Positions 20,596 through 32,585 of a DNA stretch of 64,000 bases are shown in pieces (position 1 is the first letter of the stretch; each line of letters opens with the position of its first letter). The translations under genes were made by a program, and so were the position numbers. The DNA lies in the NCBI GenBank assembly GCA_965237415.1, contig CBDEFM010000002.1, positions 448,001 through 512,000 on the forward strand, read 5' to 3'. The DNA is from Alphaproteobacteria bacterium (GTDB lineage: Bacteria; Pseudomonadota; Alphaproteobacteria; UBA828). Under the pieces are notes generated by a model. The model was not told the origin of the DNA, did not search any database, and saw only the letters and a list, made by a program, of their open reading frames with translations.

Positions 20596-20871
20596 ATGAA
20601 CAAGGCCGAGCTGATCAAGGCAGTCTCGAGCGGCGCGGACATCTCCAGCGCCGACGCTGCACGCGCGGTGGACAGCGTGTTCGGCGCCATTACTGAAACG
20701 CTTCAGAGCGGCTCCGACGTCAGACTGGCTGGATTCGGGTCGTTCAGTGTCGTCGAGCGGAAGGCTACAAGCGGGCGCAATCCGCGTACCGGCGAATCGA
20801 TTTCGATTCCCGCTTCCAAGCAGCCGAAGTTCAAAGCCGGCAAAACGCTCAAGGACGCGGTCAACACCTGA
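20596..20871 (+). CDS. hupB: DNA-binding protein HU
   Basis: MNKAELI...GFGSF...GRNPRTGE...PKFKAGKTLKDAV. Confidence 0.96.
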   Translation: MNKAELIKAVSSGADISSADAARAVDSVFGAITETLQSGSDVRLAGFGSFSVVERKATSGRNPRTGESISIPASKQPKFKAGKTLKDAVNT

Positions 20872-20893
20872 TCGCAGCCCCGCCGGCTAGCGC

Positions 20894-20969
20894 GGGCGGT
20901 TAGCTCAGCTGGGAGAGCGCTTGGTTTACACCCAAGAGGTCGGCGGTTCGAGCCCGTCACCGCCCACCA
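20894..20969 (+). tRNA. tRNA-Val(TAC)
   Basis: GGGCGGTTAGCTCAGCTGGGAGAGC...CTTGG-TTTACAC-CCAAG...GGTTCGAGCCC...CCA. Confidence 0.96.
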
Positions 20970-21138
20970 AGCGCTGGCCGCACCCGTAATGCAAGCGTCC
21001 GAGGCTCTCCCCCGGAGGAGCGGCCTCGGAGCGCGCAACTCTCGCCAATCAAAGCCGCGGCCAAGCGGCTTGACCCCGCCGGACCCCTGCTCTACATGGG
21101 GACGGCCGGCGCGGCGACGGCTTGCCGCCGGATCCGTC

Positions 21139-21217
21139 GGGGGTGTAGCTCAGCTTGGTTTAGAGCGCCGGCCTGTCACGCCGGAGGTCGCGGGTTCGAG
21201 TCCCGTCACTCCCGCCA
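21139..21217 (+). tRNA. tRNA-Asp(GTC)
   Basis: GGGGGTGTAGCTCAG...CCGGC-CTGTCAC-GCCGG...GGTTCGAGTCC...CCA; TTGACC-17-TACATG promoter-like sequence at 21070-21098. Confidence 0.96.
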
Positions 21218-21391
21218 TATCCTTGGGGGCGCCGCTTCTGTAGCGCCGGGACGGGAAGAGCTGCAACGGGGTGCCGTTTTGATGCAGGCTTCGGGATTCG
21301 GGGGCGGTCGAGGGTGGCCGCGGCGCGAATGCCGTAGGGGTTCCGGTCGTGGCCTGTCAGGCACCCTGAGATGGTTGGCGGGCCGTAACCG

Positions 21392-21766
21392 ATGACCGCG
21401 TCGACCCAACTCCTCCTCGAATATCTGCCCATCGTCATCTTTCTCGGCATTGCCGGTGTGATGGCCATCGCTGCCATCGCGGGCTCCTACGTGCTTGCTC
21501 CTCAGCGGCCCGATCGCGACAAGATCGCCGCCTATGAGTGCGGCTTCGACGCCTTCGAAGATGCCCGCGGCCGCTTTGACGTCCGCTTCTATCTTGTGGC
21601 GATCCTCTTCATCATCTTCGATCTCGAGGTCGCCTTTCTCTTCCCCTGGGCCGTCTCGTTCAGCGAGATCGGGCTGTACGGGTTTTGGTCGATGATCGTC
21701 TTCCTCGGACTGCTCACGATCGGCTTCGTCTACGAATGGAAGAAGGGCGCGCTCGAATGGGAGTAG
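21392..21766 (+). CDS. nuoA: NADH-quinone oxidoreductase subunit A
   Basis: [28 protein letters not shown]. Confidence 0.97.
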   Translation: MTASTQLLLEYLPIVIFLGIAGVMAIAAIAGSYVLAPQRPDRDKIAAYECGFDAFEDARGRFDVRFYLVAILFIIFDLEVAFLFPWAVSFSEIGLYGFWSMIVFLGLLTIGFVYEWKKGALEWE

Positions 21767-22311
21767 GGACCACGACCGTCGGTCTGCCGGGTGAGCCGCT
21801 GCCGTCAGGGTCGGCCCAGGATCAGGCGCTCGCGCTGGTCAGCGACGAATTGAACGACAAGGGTTTCGTCGTCGCCAAGCTCGACAACATCGTAAACTGG
21901 GCACGGACGGGCTCGCTCTGGCCGATGACCTTCGGGCTTGCCTGCTGTGCGGTCGAGTTCATGCAGACCATTGCGTCCCGCTACGATATCGACCGCATCG
22001 GCATGGTACCGCGGGCGAGCCCGCGGCAATCGGACGTAATGATCGTCGCCGGCACCCTCTGCAACAAGATGGCGCCCGCGTTCCGGCGGGTCTATGACCA
22101 GATGCCGGAGCCCCGCTACGTCATCTCGATGGGAAGCTGCGCCAACGGCGGCGGCTACTATCACTATTCCTATTCGGTAGTGCGGGGCTGCGACCGTGTC
22201 GTCCCGGTCGATATTTATGTCCCCGGCTGTCCGCCGACGGCCGAAGCGCTGCTTTACGGCATCATGCAACTGCAGCGGAAGATCAGGCGAACGGGGACTA
22301 TCGCGCGCTAG
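21757..22311 (+). CDS. nuoB: NADH-quinone oxidoreductase subunit B
   Basis: [25 protein letters not shown]. Confidence 0.97.
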   Translation: MGVGTTTVGLPGEPLPSGSAQDQALALVSDELNDKGFVVAKLDNIVNWARTGSLWPMTFGLACCAVEFMQTIASRYDIDRIGMVPRASPRQSDVMIVAGTLCNKMAPAFRRVYDQMPEPRYVISMGSCANGGGYYHYSYSVVRGCDRVVPVDIYVPGCPPTAEALLYGIMQLQRKIRRTGTIAR

Positions 22312-22335
22312 CGCGCGACCGGAGCGGGCGAGGGG

Positions 22336-22968
22336 ATGGACACGGTCGGCCTACGCGACCTCGGCGAGTATGTCGCGACCAGTCTGAGCGACTATGTGCG
22401 CGCGGCTGACGTCGTGCGCGACGAGCTCGTGATCGGTGCGCGCGCGGATCAGGTCGCACGTGTGCTCAAGTTCCTCAAGGACGATCCACGCTGCCGTTTC
22501 GAGCAGCTTACCGATCTTTGCGGCGTCGATTACCCAGAGCGCGACCCGCGCTTCGATGTCGTCTATCACTTGCTCAGCATGAGCCACAATCGACGACTGC
22601 GCCTCAGGATCGGCGTCAACGAGGACGAGCCTGTGCCGTCGGCGACCGGGGTGTACGCGTCTGCAGGATGGTGGGAGCGCGAGGCCTGGGACCTTTACGG
22701 CATCTACTTCGCCGGCAATCCGGACCTGCGCCGGCTGCTCACCGACTACGGGTTCGACGGCCATCCGCTGCGCAAGGATTTCCCGCTGACCGGCTATGTC
22801 GAGCTTCGTTACGACAGCGAGCAGAAGCGGGTCGTGTACGAGCCGGTGAAGCTCACCCAGGAATTTCGCCGCTTCGACTTCCTGAGCCCCTGGGAAGGCG
22901 TGTCCTACCCATTGCCGGGCGATGAGAAGGCGGAGCCGGAAGCCGACGAAGACGGGCGCGAGTCTTGA
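22336..22968 (+). CDS. nuoC: NADH-quinone oxidoreductase subunit C
   Basis: [29 protein letters not shown]. Confidence 0.97.
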   Translation: MDTVGLRDLGEYVATSLSDYVRAADVVRDELVIGARADQVARVLKFLKDDPRCRFEQLTDLCGVDYPERDPRFDVVYHLLSMSHNRRLRLRIGVNEDEPVPSATGVYASAGWWEREAWDLYGIYFAGNPDLRRLLTDYGFDGHPLRKDFPLTGYVELRYDSEQKRVVYEPVKLTQEFRRFDFLSPWEGVSYPLPGDEKAEPEADEDGRES

Positions 22969-24143
22969 GCGAGCGCCAGATCCGCAACATGACCCTGAAT
23001 TTCGGGCCGCAGCATCCGGCGGCGCACGGCGTACTGCGCCTGGTGCTGGAGATGGACGGCGAGGTGGTCGAGCGCGCGGACCCGCACATTGGCCTGCTGC
23101 ACCGCGGCACCGAGAAGCTGATCGAATACAAAACCTACCTGCAGGCGGTGCCCTACTTCGACCGGCTCGACTATGTCGCGCCGATGAATCAGGAGCATGC
23201 CTATGCGCTCGCCGTGGAGGCTCTGCTCGGGCTCGAAATCCCGGAGCGCGCGCAATACATCCGCGTCCTCTACAGCGAGATTTCGCGCATCGCCAATCAT
23301 CTAATGAACATCTGCACCATGGCGCTCGACGTCGGCGCGATGACTCCCTTCTTCTGGGGATTCGAGGAACGCGAGCGCACTATGGAGTTCTACGAGCGGG
23401 CCTCGGGCTCCCGCCTCCATGCCGCCTACTTCCGCCCCGGTGGCGTCGCCTACGATCTTGCTCCGGAGCTACTTTCCGATATCGGCGCGTGGAACGAGGC
23501 CTTCCCCAAGGTCGTCGACGACATCGAGAACGTGCTGACCGAAAACCGCATCTTCAAGCAGCGGACGGTCGATATCGGAATCCTGAGCGCGCAAGAAGCC
23601 TTCGACTGGGCGCTCACCGGGCCCGTGCTGCGCGCCTCCGGGGTTTCCTGGGACCTGCGCCGCAACCAGCCCTACGAAGTCTACAGCGCGCTCGATTTCG
23701 GGGTGCCCATCGGCACCAACGGCGATTGCTACGAGCGCTATCTCGTCCGCGTGGAGGAGATGAGGCAATGCGTCAAGATAATCGCTCAATGTCTTGAAAA
23801 GATGCCGGAAGGGCCGGTCAAGGTCCAGGACAACAAGATCACGCCGCCGTCCAGGGCCGAGATGAAGGAGTCGATGGAGGCCCTGATCCATCACTTCAAG
23901 CTCTACACCGAGGGCTATCACGTGCCGGCGGGCGAGGCCTATCGCGCGGTGGAGGCGCCGAAGGGCGAGTTCGGGGTCTATCTCGTCGCCGACGGCACCA
24001 ACCGGCCCTACCGCTGCAAGATCAGGGCGCCCGGCTTCGCCCACCTCCAAGTCCTCGACCACATGAGCAAGGGCCACATGCTGGCGGACGCAGTGGCCAA
24101 TCTTGCAAGCATGGACATCGTGTTCGGGGAGATCGACAGGTGA
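22965..24143 (+). CDS. nuoD: NADH-quinone oxidoreductase subunit D
   Basis: [31 protein letters not shown]. Confidence 0.97.
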   Translation: MSERQIRNMTLNFGPQHPAAHGVLRLVLEMDGEVVERADPHIGLLHRGTEKLIEYKTYLQAVPYFDRLDYVAPMNQEHAYALAVEALLGLEIPERAQYIRVLYSEISRIANHLMNICTMALDVGAMTPFFWGFEERERTMEFYERASGSRLHAAYFRPGGVAYDLAPELLSDIGAWNEAFPKVVDDIENVLTENRIFKQRTVDIGILSAQEAFDWALTGPVLRASGVSWDLRRNQPYEVYSALDFGVPIGTNGDCYERYLVRVEEMRQCVKIIAQCLEKMPEGPVKVQDNKITPPSRAEMKESMEALIHHFKLYTEGYHVPAGEAYRAVEAPKGEFGVYLVADGTNRPYRCKIRAPGFAHLQVLDHMSKGHMLADAVANLASMDIVFGEIDR

Positions 24144-24733
24144 CGGCCGAGACGGTCTCCAGCGTCGAGGCTTTCGCCTTTACGCCCGAGAATCGGGCCA
24201 AGGCGGATGCCGTGATCGCCAAATACCCGGCGGGTTGTCAGGCGAGCGGGGTGCTGCCTCTGCTCGACCTCGCGCAGCGCCAGAACGGTGGCTGGGTCTC
24301 CCAGGCGGTGATGGAGCATGTCGCCGCGCTGCTCGACATGGCGTCGATCCGGGTTTACGAGGTCGCCACCTTCTACACGATGCTGAACCTGGAGCCGGTC
24401 GGCCGCCATCACGTTCAGCTTTGCCGCACGACGCCCTGCTGGCTGCGAGGCTCGGATGCGCTCCGCGACGCCTGCTGCGACGAGCTCGGCATCGGCCTGG
24501 GCGAGACCACGGAGGACGGTGTCTTCACGCTGACCGAGGTCGAGTGCCTCGGCGCCTGCGTCAACGCCCCCATGGTGCAGATCAACGACCACTTCTACGA
24601 GGATCTCGACCCGGCGCGCATGAAGGATATCCTGCGCGCCTTCAAGACCGGCGACTTGCCCACGCCAGGCCCGCAGACCGGCCGCCAGACCTCGGCACCC
24701 GCCGCCGGCCCGACGACATTGACCGAGCATTGA
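24140..24733 (+). CDS. nuoE: NADH-quinone oxidoreductase subunit E
   Basis: [22 protein letters not shown]. Confidence 0.96.
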   Translation: MTAETVSSVEAFAFTPENRAKADAVIAKYPAGCQASGVLPLLDLAQRQNGGWVSQAVMEHVAALLDMASIRVYEVATFYTMLNLEPVGRHHVQLCRTTPCWLRGSDALRDACCDELGIGLGETTEDGVFTLTEVECLGACVNAPMVQINDHFYEDLDPARMKDILRAFKTGDLPTPGPQTGRQTSAPAAGPTTLTEH

Positions 24734-24735
24734 GC

Positions 24736-26040
24736 ATGCTCCGCGATTCAGACCGCATCTTCACCAACCTCTACGGCGCCCAGGACTGGGGCTTGGCCGG
24801 CGCCCGCGCGCGGGGCGATTGGGACGGCACGGCGGGCCTGATGGCCAAGGGCCACGACTGGATCATCGATCAGGTCAAGGAGTCGGGTCTGCGCGGGCGC
24901 GGCGGCGCCGGCTTCCCGACCGGGCTCAAGTGGTCCTTCATGCCGAAGGAGGAGGCCCCCGGCCGCCCGCACTACCTCGTGGTCAATGCCGACGAGAGCG
25001 AGCCCGGCACCTGCAAGGACCGGGACATGATGCGCCATGATCCGCATAAACTCATCGAGGGGTGCCTGCTCTCCGGCTTCGCCATGCAGGCGCACGCCGC
25101 CTACATCTACATCCGCGGCGAGTTCTACGACGAGGCGGTCGCGCTCCAGGCGGCGATAGACGAAGCCTACGACGCAGGCCTCATCGGCAAGAACCCGTGC
25201 GGCTCCGACTGGCCCTTCGACGTCTACCTGCACCGCGGCGCCGGCGCCTACATCTGCGGCGAGGAGACCGGGCTGCTGGAGAGCCTCGAAGGCAAGCCGG
25301 GCAGGCCCCGCCTCAAGCCGCCGTTCCCGGCGGCGGTCGGGCTCTACGGCTGCCCGTCGACGGTCAACAATGTTGAGACGATTGCCGTCGTGCCCACGAT
25401 CCTGCGCCGCGGCGCGGAGTGGTTCGCCGGTATCGGCCGGCCCAAGAACACCGGCACCAAGGTTTTTTGTATCTCCGGCCACGTGAATCAGCCGTGCAAC
25501 GTGGAAGAGGAGATGGGCATCCCCATGCGCGAGCTGATCGAGAAGCACGCGGGCGGGGTGCGCGGCGGTTGGGACAATCTCCAGGCGGTGATCCCCGGCG
25601 GTGCCTCTGTGCCGCTGCTGCCGAAATCGATCTGCGACGAGGTGCTGATGGACTTCGATTCGCTGATGGCCGAGAAATCCGGTCTCGGCACCGCTGCGGT
25701 GATCGTGATGGACAAGTCGGCCGACGTGGTCGAGGCCATCGCCCGGCTCTCCCACTTCTACATGCACGAGAGCTGCGGTCAGTGCACCCCCTGTCGCGAA
25801 GGCACCGGCTGGGTCTATCGCGTCATGCTGCGCCTCATCAGGGGCGAGGCGTCGGTCGAAGAGATCGACCTGCTGTGGGACGTGGTAGGCCAGATCGAGG
25901 GGCACACCATCTGCGCGCTCGGCGACGCGGCCGCCTGGCCGGTGCAGGGGTTGATCCGCCACTTCCGGCCGGAGCTCGAGCGGCGCATCCTCGCCGCGAA
26001 GGTGGGCGGCGGTGGCACGACCGCCGCAGCCGCGGCCTGA
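24736..26040 (+). CDS. nuoF: NADH-quinone oxidoreductase subunit F
   Basis: [35 protein letters not shown]. Confidence 0.97.
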   Translation: MLRDSDRIFTNLYGAQDWGLAGARARGDWDGTAGLMAKGHDWIIDQVKESGLRGRGGAGFPTGLKWSFMPKEEAPGRPHYLVVNADESEPGTCKDRDMMRHDPHKLIEGCLLSGFAMQAHAAYIYIRGEFYDEAVALQAAIDEAYDAGLIGKNPCGSDWPFDVYLHRGAGAYICGEETGLLESLEGKPGRPRLKPPFPAAVGLYGCPSTVNNVETIAVVPTILRRGAEWFAGIGRPKNTGTKVFCISGHVNQPCNVEEEMGIPMRELIEKHAGGVRGGWDNLQAVIPGGASVPLLPKSICDEVLMDFDSLMAEKSGLGTAAVIVMDKSADVVEAIARLSHFYMHESCGQCTPCREGTGWVYRVMLRLIRGEASVEEIDLLWDVVGQIEGHTICALGDAAAWPVQGLIRHFRPELERRILAAKVGGGGTTAAAAA

Positions 26041-26051
26041 GGACGCAGCCG

Positions 26052-28112
26052 ATGACGACGCTCACCATCGACGGCGCCGAGATCACGGTCGAGCCCGGCT
26101 CGACCGTGATGCAGGCCTGCGTGCAGGCCGGCAAGGAAATCCCGCACTTCTGCTATCACGACCGGCTCTCGATCGCCGGCAACTGCCGCATGTGTCTGGT
26201 GGAGATGGAGCGCTCGCCGAAGCCCATCGCCTCCTGCGCGATGCCGGCGGCGGACGGCATGGTGATCCGCACCGACACGCCTTCGGTGAAGAAGGCGCGG
26301 GAAGGCGTGATGGAGTTCCTGCTCATCAATCACCCGCTCGACTGCCCCATCTGCGATCAGGGCGGCGAGTGCGACCTGCAGGACCAGGCCATGGCCTATG
26401 GCCGCCATTTCAGCCGCTTCGACGAGGGCAAGCGCGCCGTGAGCGACAAGGATGTCGGGCCGCTGATCGAGACCATCATGACGCGATGCATCCATTGCAC
26501 GCGCTGTATCCGCTTCGCCGACGAGATTGCCGGTGTCGAAGAGTTCGGCGCGGTCTTCCGCGGCGAGCACATGGAAATCGGCACCTATGTCGAGAAGGCG
26601 GTGACCTCCGAGCTCAGCGGCAACATGATCGACCTCTGCCCGGTCGGTGCGCTGACCTCGAAGCCCTACGCTTTCGTCGCTCGGTCGTGGGAGCTCAGGA
26701 CCACCGAGACCGTCGACGTGCTCGACGCTGTCGGCTCCAACATCCGGGTCGATACGCGGGGCACCGAGGTGCTGCGGGTCGTGCCGCGCCTGCACGACGA
26801 TGTGAACGAGGAGTGGATCTCCGACAAGAGCCGCTTCGCCTGCGACGGGCTGCGCCGGCGCCGCCTCGACCGCTGCTACGTGCGCCGCGACGGCAGGCTT
26901 GAAGCGGCGAGCTGGGCCGAGGCGTTCGACGCGATCGCGGCGGCGGCAGAAGGCCTGGAGGGCGGCCAGATCGCCGCGCTTGCGGGCGATAGCGCCGATT
27001 GCGAGGCGATGACGGCGCTCGCCGATCTGATGGCGGCGCTGGGCTCGCCCCATCTCGACTGCCGGCAGGACGGCGCGAAGCTCGATCCGGCGAGCCGTGT
27101 TTCCTACCTCTTCAACACATCCATCGCCGGCATCGAGGAGGCCGATGCCATCCTCCTGATCGGCACCAATCCGCGCTGGGAGGCGGCGTTGGTCAACGCG
27201 CGCATCCGCAAGCGTTGGCGCCGGGGCGGCCTCAATGTGGGGGCTATCGGGCCTGAGGCGGATCTCACATTCCCGTACGAGCATCTGGGCGACGGGCCGG
27301 AGAGCCTCGCCGCGCTCGCAGCGGGCGAGCACCCTTTCACCGACGTCCTGAAGGCGGCCGAGCGGCCGATGATGATCGTCGGCATGGGGGCGCTTACGCG
27401 GCCGGACGGGGCGGCCGTCCTGGCTCAGGCGAGGGCGCTGGCCGAGGCGACCGGCATGATCGCCGACGGCTGGAACGGCTTCAACGTGCTGCACACGGCG
27501 GCGGCGCGCGTCGGCGGGCTCGACCTCGGCTTCGTGCCGGGCGAGGGCGGGCGCGATACGGCGGCGATCTGCGAGGGCGCCGGCAGCGGCGCGATCCGCC
27601 TGCTCTACCTGCTGGGTGCGGACGAGCTCGCTCTCACGCGGCCAGAGAACTGCTTCGTCGTCTACCAGGGCCACCACGGCGATTCCGGCGCGCGCATCGC
27701 CGACGTGATCCTGCCGGGCGCCGCCTATACCGAGAAGCCCGGAACCTACGTCAACCTGGAAGGCCGGCCGCAGCGGGCCTACGCGGCGACGGCGCCGCTC
27801 GGCGATGCCAGGGAAGACTGGCGCATCCTGCGTGCGCTCTCGGGCCATCTCGGCAAGCCGCTCGCCTACGATACCCTGGACGAGCTTCGCGCCCGCATGG
27901 TGGCGCGGGCGCCGACGCTGGCCGCGATCGACCGGCTCAGCCCGGCGCCGTGGGGCGAATTCGGCGTTGCCGGCACCATGAGCGACGCGCCCTTCGCGTG
28001 CCCTATCGGCGACTTCTATCTGACCGATCCGATCACGCGCGCGTCCCAGACCATGACCGAGTGCAGCGCGGCGTTCGTCGCGGCGGCGGAGGGAGCCGCC
28101 AGCCATGGCTGA
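26052..28112 (+). CDS. nuoG: NADH-quinone oxidoreductase subunit G
   Basis: [32 protein letters not shown]. Confidence 0.97.
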   Translation: MTTLTIDGAEITVEPGSTVMQACVQAGKEIPHFCYHDRLSIAGNCRMCLVEMERSPKPIASCAMPAADGMVIRTDTPSVKKAREGVMEFLLINHPLDCPICDQGGECDLQDQAMAYGRHFSRFDEGKRAVSDKDVGPLIETIMTRCIHCTRCIRFADEIAGVEEFGAVFRGEHMEIGTYVEKAVTSELSGNMIDLCPVGALTSKPYAFVARSWELRTTETVDVLDAVGSNIRVDTRGTEVLRVVPRLHDDVNEEWISDKSRFACDGLRRRRLDRCYVRRDGRLEAASWAEAFDAIAAAAEGLEGGQIAALAGDSADCEAMTALADLMAALGSPHLDCRQDGAKLDPASRVSYLFNTSIAGIEEADAILLIGTNPRWEAALVNARIRKRWRRGGLNVGAIGPEADLTFPYEHLGDGPESLAALAAGEHPFTDVLKAAERPMMIVGMGALTRPDGAAVLAQARALAEATGMIADGWNGFNVLHTAAARVGGLDLGFVPGEGGRDTAAICEGAGSGAIRLLYLLGADELALTRPENCFVVYQGHHGDSGARIADVILPGAAYTEKPGTYVNLEGRPQRAYAATAPLGDAREDWRILRALSGHLGKPLAYDTLDELRARMVARAPTLAAIDRLSPAPWGEFGVAGTMSDAPFACPIGDFYLTDPITRASQTMTECSAAFVAAAEGAASHG

Positions 28113-29121
28113 GGCGGGCGTCTGGAGTGCCTATTTCTACCCGTTGTTCCTGACCGTCGGGTACATCCTCGCGATCGTGGTGCCGCTGCTGCTGGCGATC
28201 GCCTTCATCACCTATTTCGAGCGCAAGGTGTGGGCGGCGATCCAGCTTCGCAAGGGGCCGAACGTCGTGGGGCCCTTCGGGCTGCTGCAGCCGGTGGCGG
28301 ACGGGGTCAAGTTCCTGTTCAAGGAGACCATCGTCCCGGCCGGGGCCAACCGCGGGCTCTTCGTGCTGGCGCCGATGATCACCTTCAGCATCGGCCTGAT
28401 CGGCTGGGCGGTGATCCCGTTCGACGAGCATCTCGTGCTCGCCGACCTGAACGTCGGGCTGCTCTACCTCTTCGCCGTCTCCTCGCTCGGCGTCTACGGC
28501 ATCATCATCGCGGGCTGGGCCAGCAACTCGAAGTATGCCTTTCTCGGCGCGCTGCGCTCGGCGGCGCAGATGGTCTCCTACGAGGTCTCGATCGGCTTCG
28601 TGCTGGTGACGGTGCTGCTCTGCGTCGGCTCGCTCAACCTCAACGACATCGTCGAGGCGCAGAAGGGGCTCTGGTTCTTCATCCCGCTCTTCCCGATGTT
28701 CGTGATCTACCTGATCTCGGCGCTGGCCGAGACCAACCGCACGCCCTTCGACCTGCCGGAGGCCGAGGGCGAGCTGGTCGCCGGCTACCAGGTGGAATAC
28801 TCGTCGATGACCTTTCTGCTCTTCATGATGGGGGAGTACGCCAACATCGTCCTCCTGAGCGGGCTCAGCGTGATTCTGTTCCTCGGCGGCTGGCTGCCTC
28901 CCTTCCACGTCGAGCCGCTGACCGCGGTCCCCGGTGTGATCTGGTTCCTGCTGAAGACGGCGGTCGTCGTCTTCTTCTTCACCTGGACGCGCGCGACGCT
29001 GCCGCGCTACCGCTACGATCAGCTCATGCGGCTCGGCTGGAAGGTGTTTCTGCCGGCCTCGCTCGCCATGGTCGTGATCGTCGCTGGCGCGCTGCACGCG
29101 TTCGACTGGTTGCCGAGGTAA
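28105..29121 (+). CDS. nuoH: NADH-quinone oxidoreductase subunit H
   Basis: [36 protein letters not shown]. Confidence 0.97.
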   Translation: MAEAGVWSAYFYPLFLTVGYILAIVVPLLLAIAFITYFERKVWAAIQLRKGPNVVGPFGLLQPVADGVKFLFKETIVPAGANRGLFVLAPMITFSIGLIGWAVIPFDEHLVLADLNVGLLYLFAVSSLGVYGIIIAGWASNSKYAFLGALRSAAQMVSYEVSIGFVLVTVLLCVGSLNLNDIVEAQKGLWFFIPLFPMFVIYLISALAETNRTPFDLPEAEGELVAGYQVEYSSMTFLLFMMGEYANIVLLSGLSVILFLGGWLPPFHVEPLTAVPGVIWFLLKTAVVVFFFTWTRATLPRYRYDQLMRLGWKVFLPASLAMVVIVAGALHAFDWLPR

Positions 29122-29185
29122 GTCACCCTGGCGACGGCAAGCGGCCTGTGCTATGGCCGCGCCCGGCGCCGAGAAGGAGGTCGCC

Positions 29186-29674
29186 ATGCCAGCGATTGAG
29201 CAGACGGTTCGATCCTTGCTCCTGACCGAGCTGGCGGTCGGGCTTGGCGTAACCTTCAAGCAGATTTTCAAGCGCAAGGCGACGCTCAACTACCCGTACG
29301 AAAAGGGCATGCTGAGCCCGCGCTTCCGCGGCGAGCATGCGCTGCGCCGCTACCCCAACGGCGAGGAGCGCTGCATCGCCTGCAAGCTGTGCGAGGCGAT
29401 CTGCCCCGCACAGGCCATCACCATCGAGGCCGAGCCGCGGGAGGACGGCAGCCGGCGCACGACCCGCTACGACATCGACATGGTGAAGTGCATCTACTGC
29501 GGTTTCTGCGAGGAGGCCTGCCCCGTCGATGCCATCGTCGAGGGACCCAATTTCGAGTTTGCTGCCGAGACCCGCGAGGAGCTGCTCTACAACAAGGAGA
29601 AGCTGCTCGATAACGGCGACCGCTGGGAGCGGGAGATCGCCGCCAACCTGAGCGCGGAGGCACCCTACCGCTGA
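29186..29674 (+). CDS. nuoI: NADH-quinone oxidoreductase subunit I
   Basis: [12 protein letters not shown] and [12 protein letters not shown]; AAGGAGG RBS before ATG 29186. Confidence 0.97.
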   Translation: MPAIEQTVRSLLLTELAVGLGVTFKQIFKRKATLNYPYEKGMLSPRFRGEHALRRYPNGEERCIACKLCEAICPAQAITIEAEPREDGSRRTTRYDIDMVKCIYCGFCEEACPVDAIVEGPNFEFAAETREELLYNKEKLLDNGDRWEREIAANLSAEAPYR

Positions 29675-29723
29675 GCCTGGATCGGCAGGAGCGGAACGGT
29701 AAGCCAAGCGGGGCCACGGCACG

Positions 29724-30353
29724 ATGATCATTCAGACGATCATGTTCTACGTCCTTGCCGTGGTGACGGTGGGGGCGGGCGTCATGGTGATCGCCTCGCG
29801 CAACCCGGTTCACTCCGTGCTCTTCTTGATCCTGGCGTTCTTCAACTCGGCCGGGCTCTTCGTGATGATGGGCGCCGAGTTCCTGGCGATGATCCTCATC
29901 ATCGTCTACGTCGGTGCCGTCGCCGTGCTCTTCCTCTTCGTCGTGATGATGCTCGACATCAATTTCGCCGAGCTGCGCGCGGGCTTCCTCCAATACCTGC
30001 CCATCGGCAGCGTCATCGGAATCATCCTTCTCGCCGAGCTGGTGATGGTCTTCGCCTCTGGCGCCATCGAGATCGAGGTGCCGACGAATGTTGCATCGCC
30101 AACGCCACCGCCAGACGAAGTGACCAATACCCAGGCCTTGGGCGACGTGCTCTATACCCGCTACGCCTATCTGTTCCAGGGCGCGGGCTTCATCCTTTTG
30201 GTCGCGATGGTGGGCGCTATCGTGCTCACCCATCGGCGTCGTACCGACGTCCGGCGCCAGCGCATCGCCGATCAGGTGGCGCGCGATCCGAAGGCTGCCG
30301 TTCGCCTCACCGACATCGAGCCGGGCGCGGAGGGAACATGGAAATCGGACTGA
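29724..30353 (+). CDS. nuoJ: NADH-quinone oxidoreductase subunit J
   Basis: [26 protein letters not shown]. Confidence 0.96.
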   Translation: MIIQTIMFYVLAVVTVGAGVMVIASRNPVHSVLFLILAFFNSAGLFVMMGAEFLAMILIIVYVGAVAVLFLFVVMMLDINFAELRAGFLQYLPIGSVIGIILLAELVMVFASGAIEIEVPTNVASPTPPPDEVTNTQALGDVLYTRYAYLFQGAGFILLVAMVGAIVLTHRRRTDVRRQRIADQVARDPKAAVRLTDIEPGAEGTWKSD

Positions 30354-30646
30354 CCCATTATCTCACCGTTGCCGCGGTCCTCTTCACCCTCGGCGTCGTC
30401 GGCATCTTCCTCAACCGCAAGAACGTCATCATCATCCTGATGGCGATCGAGCTGATGCTTCTCGCCGTCAACATCAACCTGGTCGCCTTCTCGACCTTCC
30501 TCAACGACATGGTGGGCCAGGTCTTCGCCATGCTCGTGCTCACGGTCGCAGCCGCCGAGGCGGCGATCGGCCTCGCCATCCTGGTCGTCTACTTCCGCAA
30601 TCGCGGCAGCATCGCCGTCGAGGACGTCAACGTGATGAAGGGCTGA
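30338..30646 (+). CDS. nuoK: NADH-quinone oxidoreductase subunit K
   Basis: [22 protein letters not shown]. Confidence 0.96.
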   Translation: MEIGLTHYLTVAAVLFTLGVVGIFLNRKNVIIILMAIELMLLAVNINLVAFSTFLNDMVGQVFAMLVLTVAAAEAAIGLAILVVYFRNRGSIAVEDVNVMKG

Positions 30647-30652
30647 GGGCCG

Positions 30653-32581
30653 GTGCTCTACTACGCCGCGCCCATTTTCCTGCCGCTCTTCGGAGCGGTG
30701 ATCGCTGGCCTGTTCGGACGGGTGCTTGGCGCGCGCGGTGCCCAGCTTGTCACCTGCGGCGCGATGGGCATTGCGGCGGTGATGGCGATCGTGGTCTTCA
30801 CCGAGGTCGTGCTCCAGGGCGAGACCGCGACGATCGTCCTCTTCGACTGGTTCAGCTCCGGCGATCTCGACGTCGACTGGCTCCTCAGATTCGACGAGCT
30901 GACCGGCGTGATGGTCTTCGTCGTCTGCGTGGTCTCGTTCCTCATCCACGTCTATTCCATCGGCTACATGGCGCACGATCCCCATGTGCCGCGCTTCTTC
31001 GCCTATCTCTCGCTCTTCACCTTCTTCATGCTGGCGCTGGTCAGCGCCGACAACTTCCTCCAGATGTTCTTCGGCTGGGAGGGCGTCGGCCTCCTTTCCT
31101 ATCTTCTGATCGGATTCTGGTACAAGCGGCCGTCGGCGAACGCCGCAGCGATCAAGGCCTTTATCGTCAATCGGGTGGGCGACTTCGGCTTCGCCCTCGG
31201 CATCCTCGCGATCTTCCTCATGTTCGACACCGTCTCGTTCGACGCCGTGTTCGCAGGCGCCCCCGGGATGGTGGATGCGGAGCTCACCTTCCTCGGCCAC
31301 TCCTTCGACTTCCTGGAGGTCGCCTGCATCCTCTTCTTCGTCGGCGCCATGGGTAAGTCTGCGCAGTTCCTGCTGCACACCTGGCTGCCGGACGCGATGG
31401 AAGGGCCGACGCCGGTCTCCGCGCTAATCCACGCCGCGACCATGGTGACCGCCGGTGTCTTCATGGTGGCGCGGCTCTCGCCGATCTTCGAATACGCGCC
31501 CATCGCCCTTTCGGTGGTGACCTTCTTCGGCGCGACCACGGCGATCTTCGCGGCGACCATTGCGATCACCCAGAACGACATAAAGCGGGTGATCGCCTAT
31601 TCGACCTGCAGCCAGCTCGGCTACATGTTCTTCGCCTGTGGCGTCTCGGCCTATGGCGCGGGCATCTTCCACCTCACCACACACGCGTTCTTCAAGGCGC
31701 TGCTTTTCCTCGGCGCCGGCGCGGTGATCCACGCCATGTCGGACGAGCAGGACATGCGCAAGATGGGCGGCATCTGGCGCATGGTCCCGGTGACCTACGT
31801 GCTCATGTGGATCGGCAATCTGGCGCTCGCCGGGATCTTCCCGTTCTCGGGCTTCTTCTCGAAGGACATCATCCTGGAATCGGCCTTTGCCTCGCACACC
31901 GGGCTCGGCATGTACGCCTTTGGGCTCGGCATCCTGGCCGCGTTCCTGACCGCGCTCTATTCCTGGCGACTGCTATTCCTGACCTTCCACGGCAAGCCGC
32001 GCGCCGACGAGAAGGTGATGGCCCACGTCCACGAGGCGCCGGCGATCATGTGGGTGCCGCTCGTCGGGCTTGCCATCGGCGCCATCGTGATCGGCTACCT
32101 GATGCTGCCGATGGTGGCGACCGATATCGATTTCTGGGGCACGTCGATCCTCGTCCTGCCCATCCACAACGCGCTGGAGGAGGCGCACCACGTCGACTTC
32201 TGGGTCAAGGCGCTGCCGATGGCGGTGGGCGTGCTCGGGATCGGCAGCGCCTTCCTCTTCTATGTGCTGAAGCCGGAGCTGCCGGGTTTGCTCGCCACCC
32301 GCGCGCGGCCGGTCTACCTCTTCCTGCTCAACAAGTGGTACTTCGACGAGCTCTACGATTTCCTCTTCGTGCGCTCCGTCAAGTATCTCGGCCACAACCT
32401 CTGGAAGCAGGGCGACGGTGCCGTGATCGACGGCATCGGCCCGGATGGCATCGCCGCCGCGACGCTCTCCGTCGCGCGCCGCGCGGTAAAGCTCCAGTCA
32501 GGCTATGTCTATCACTACGCCTTCGCGATGCTGCTCGGGCTTGCGGCCATCGTGACTTGGTTTCTGATCGCGGGCAGGTAG
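30653..32581 (+). CDS. nuoL: NADH-quinone oxidoreductase subunit L
   Basis: GKSAQ..HTWLPDAMEGPTPVSALIHAATMV, THAFFKALLF. Confidence 0.97.
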   Translation: MLYYAAPIFLPLFGAVIAGLFGRVLGARGAQLVTCGAMGIAAVMAIVVFTEVVLQGETATIVLFDWFSSGDLDVDWLLRFDELTGVMVFVVCVVSFLIHVYSIGYMAHDPHVPRFFAYLSLFTFFMLALVSADNFLQMFFGWEGVGLLSYLLIGFWYKRPSANAAAIKAFIVNRVGDFGFALGILAIFLMFDTVSFDAVFAGAPGMVDAELTFLGHSFDFLEVACILFFVGAMGKSAQFLLHTWLPDAMEGPTPVSALIHAATMVTAGVFMVARLSPIFEYAPIALSVVTFFGATTAIFAATIAITQNDIKRVIAYSTCSQLGYMFFACGVSAYGAGIFHLTTHAFFKALLFLGAGAVIHAMSDEQDMRKMGGIWRMVPVTYVLMWIGNLALAGIFPFSGFFSKDIILESAFASHTGLGMYAFGLGILAAFLTALYSWRLLFLTFHGKPRADEKVMAHVHEAPAIMWVPLVGLAIGAIVIGYLMLPMVATDIDFWGTSILVLPIHNALEEAHHVDFWVKALPMAVGVLGIGSAFLFYVLKPELPGLLATRARPVYLFLLNKWYFDELYDFLFVRSVKYLGHNLWKQGDGAVIDGIGPDGIAAATLSVARRAVKLQSGYVYHYAFAMLLGLAAIVTWFLIAGR

Positions 32582-32585
32582 CGGC

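Noticed and set aside
20894-21217. Prophage or island integrated at tRNA-Val/tRNA-Asp
   Set aside because: No integrase and no duplicated tRNA 3' end seen; nuoA follows as in the usual gene order
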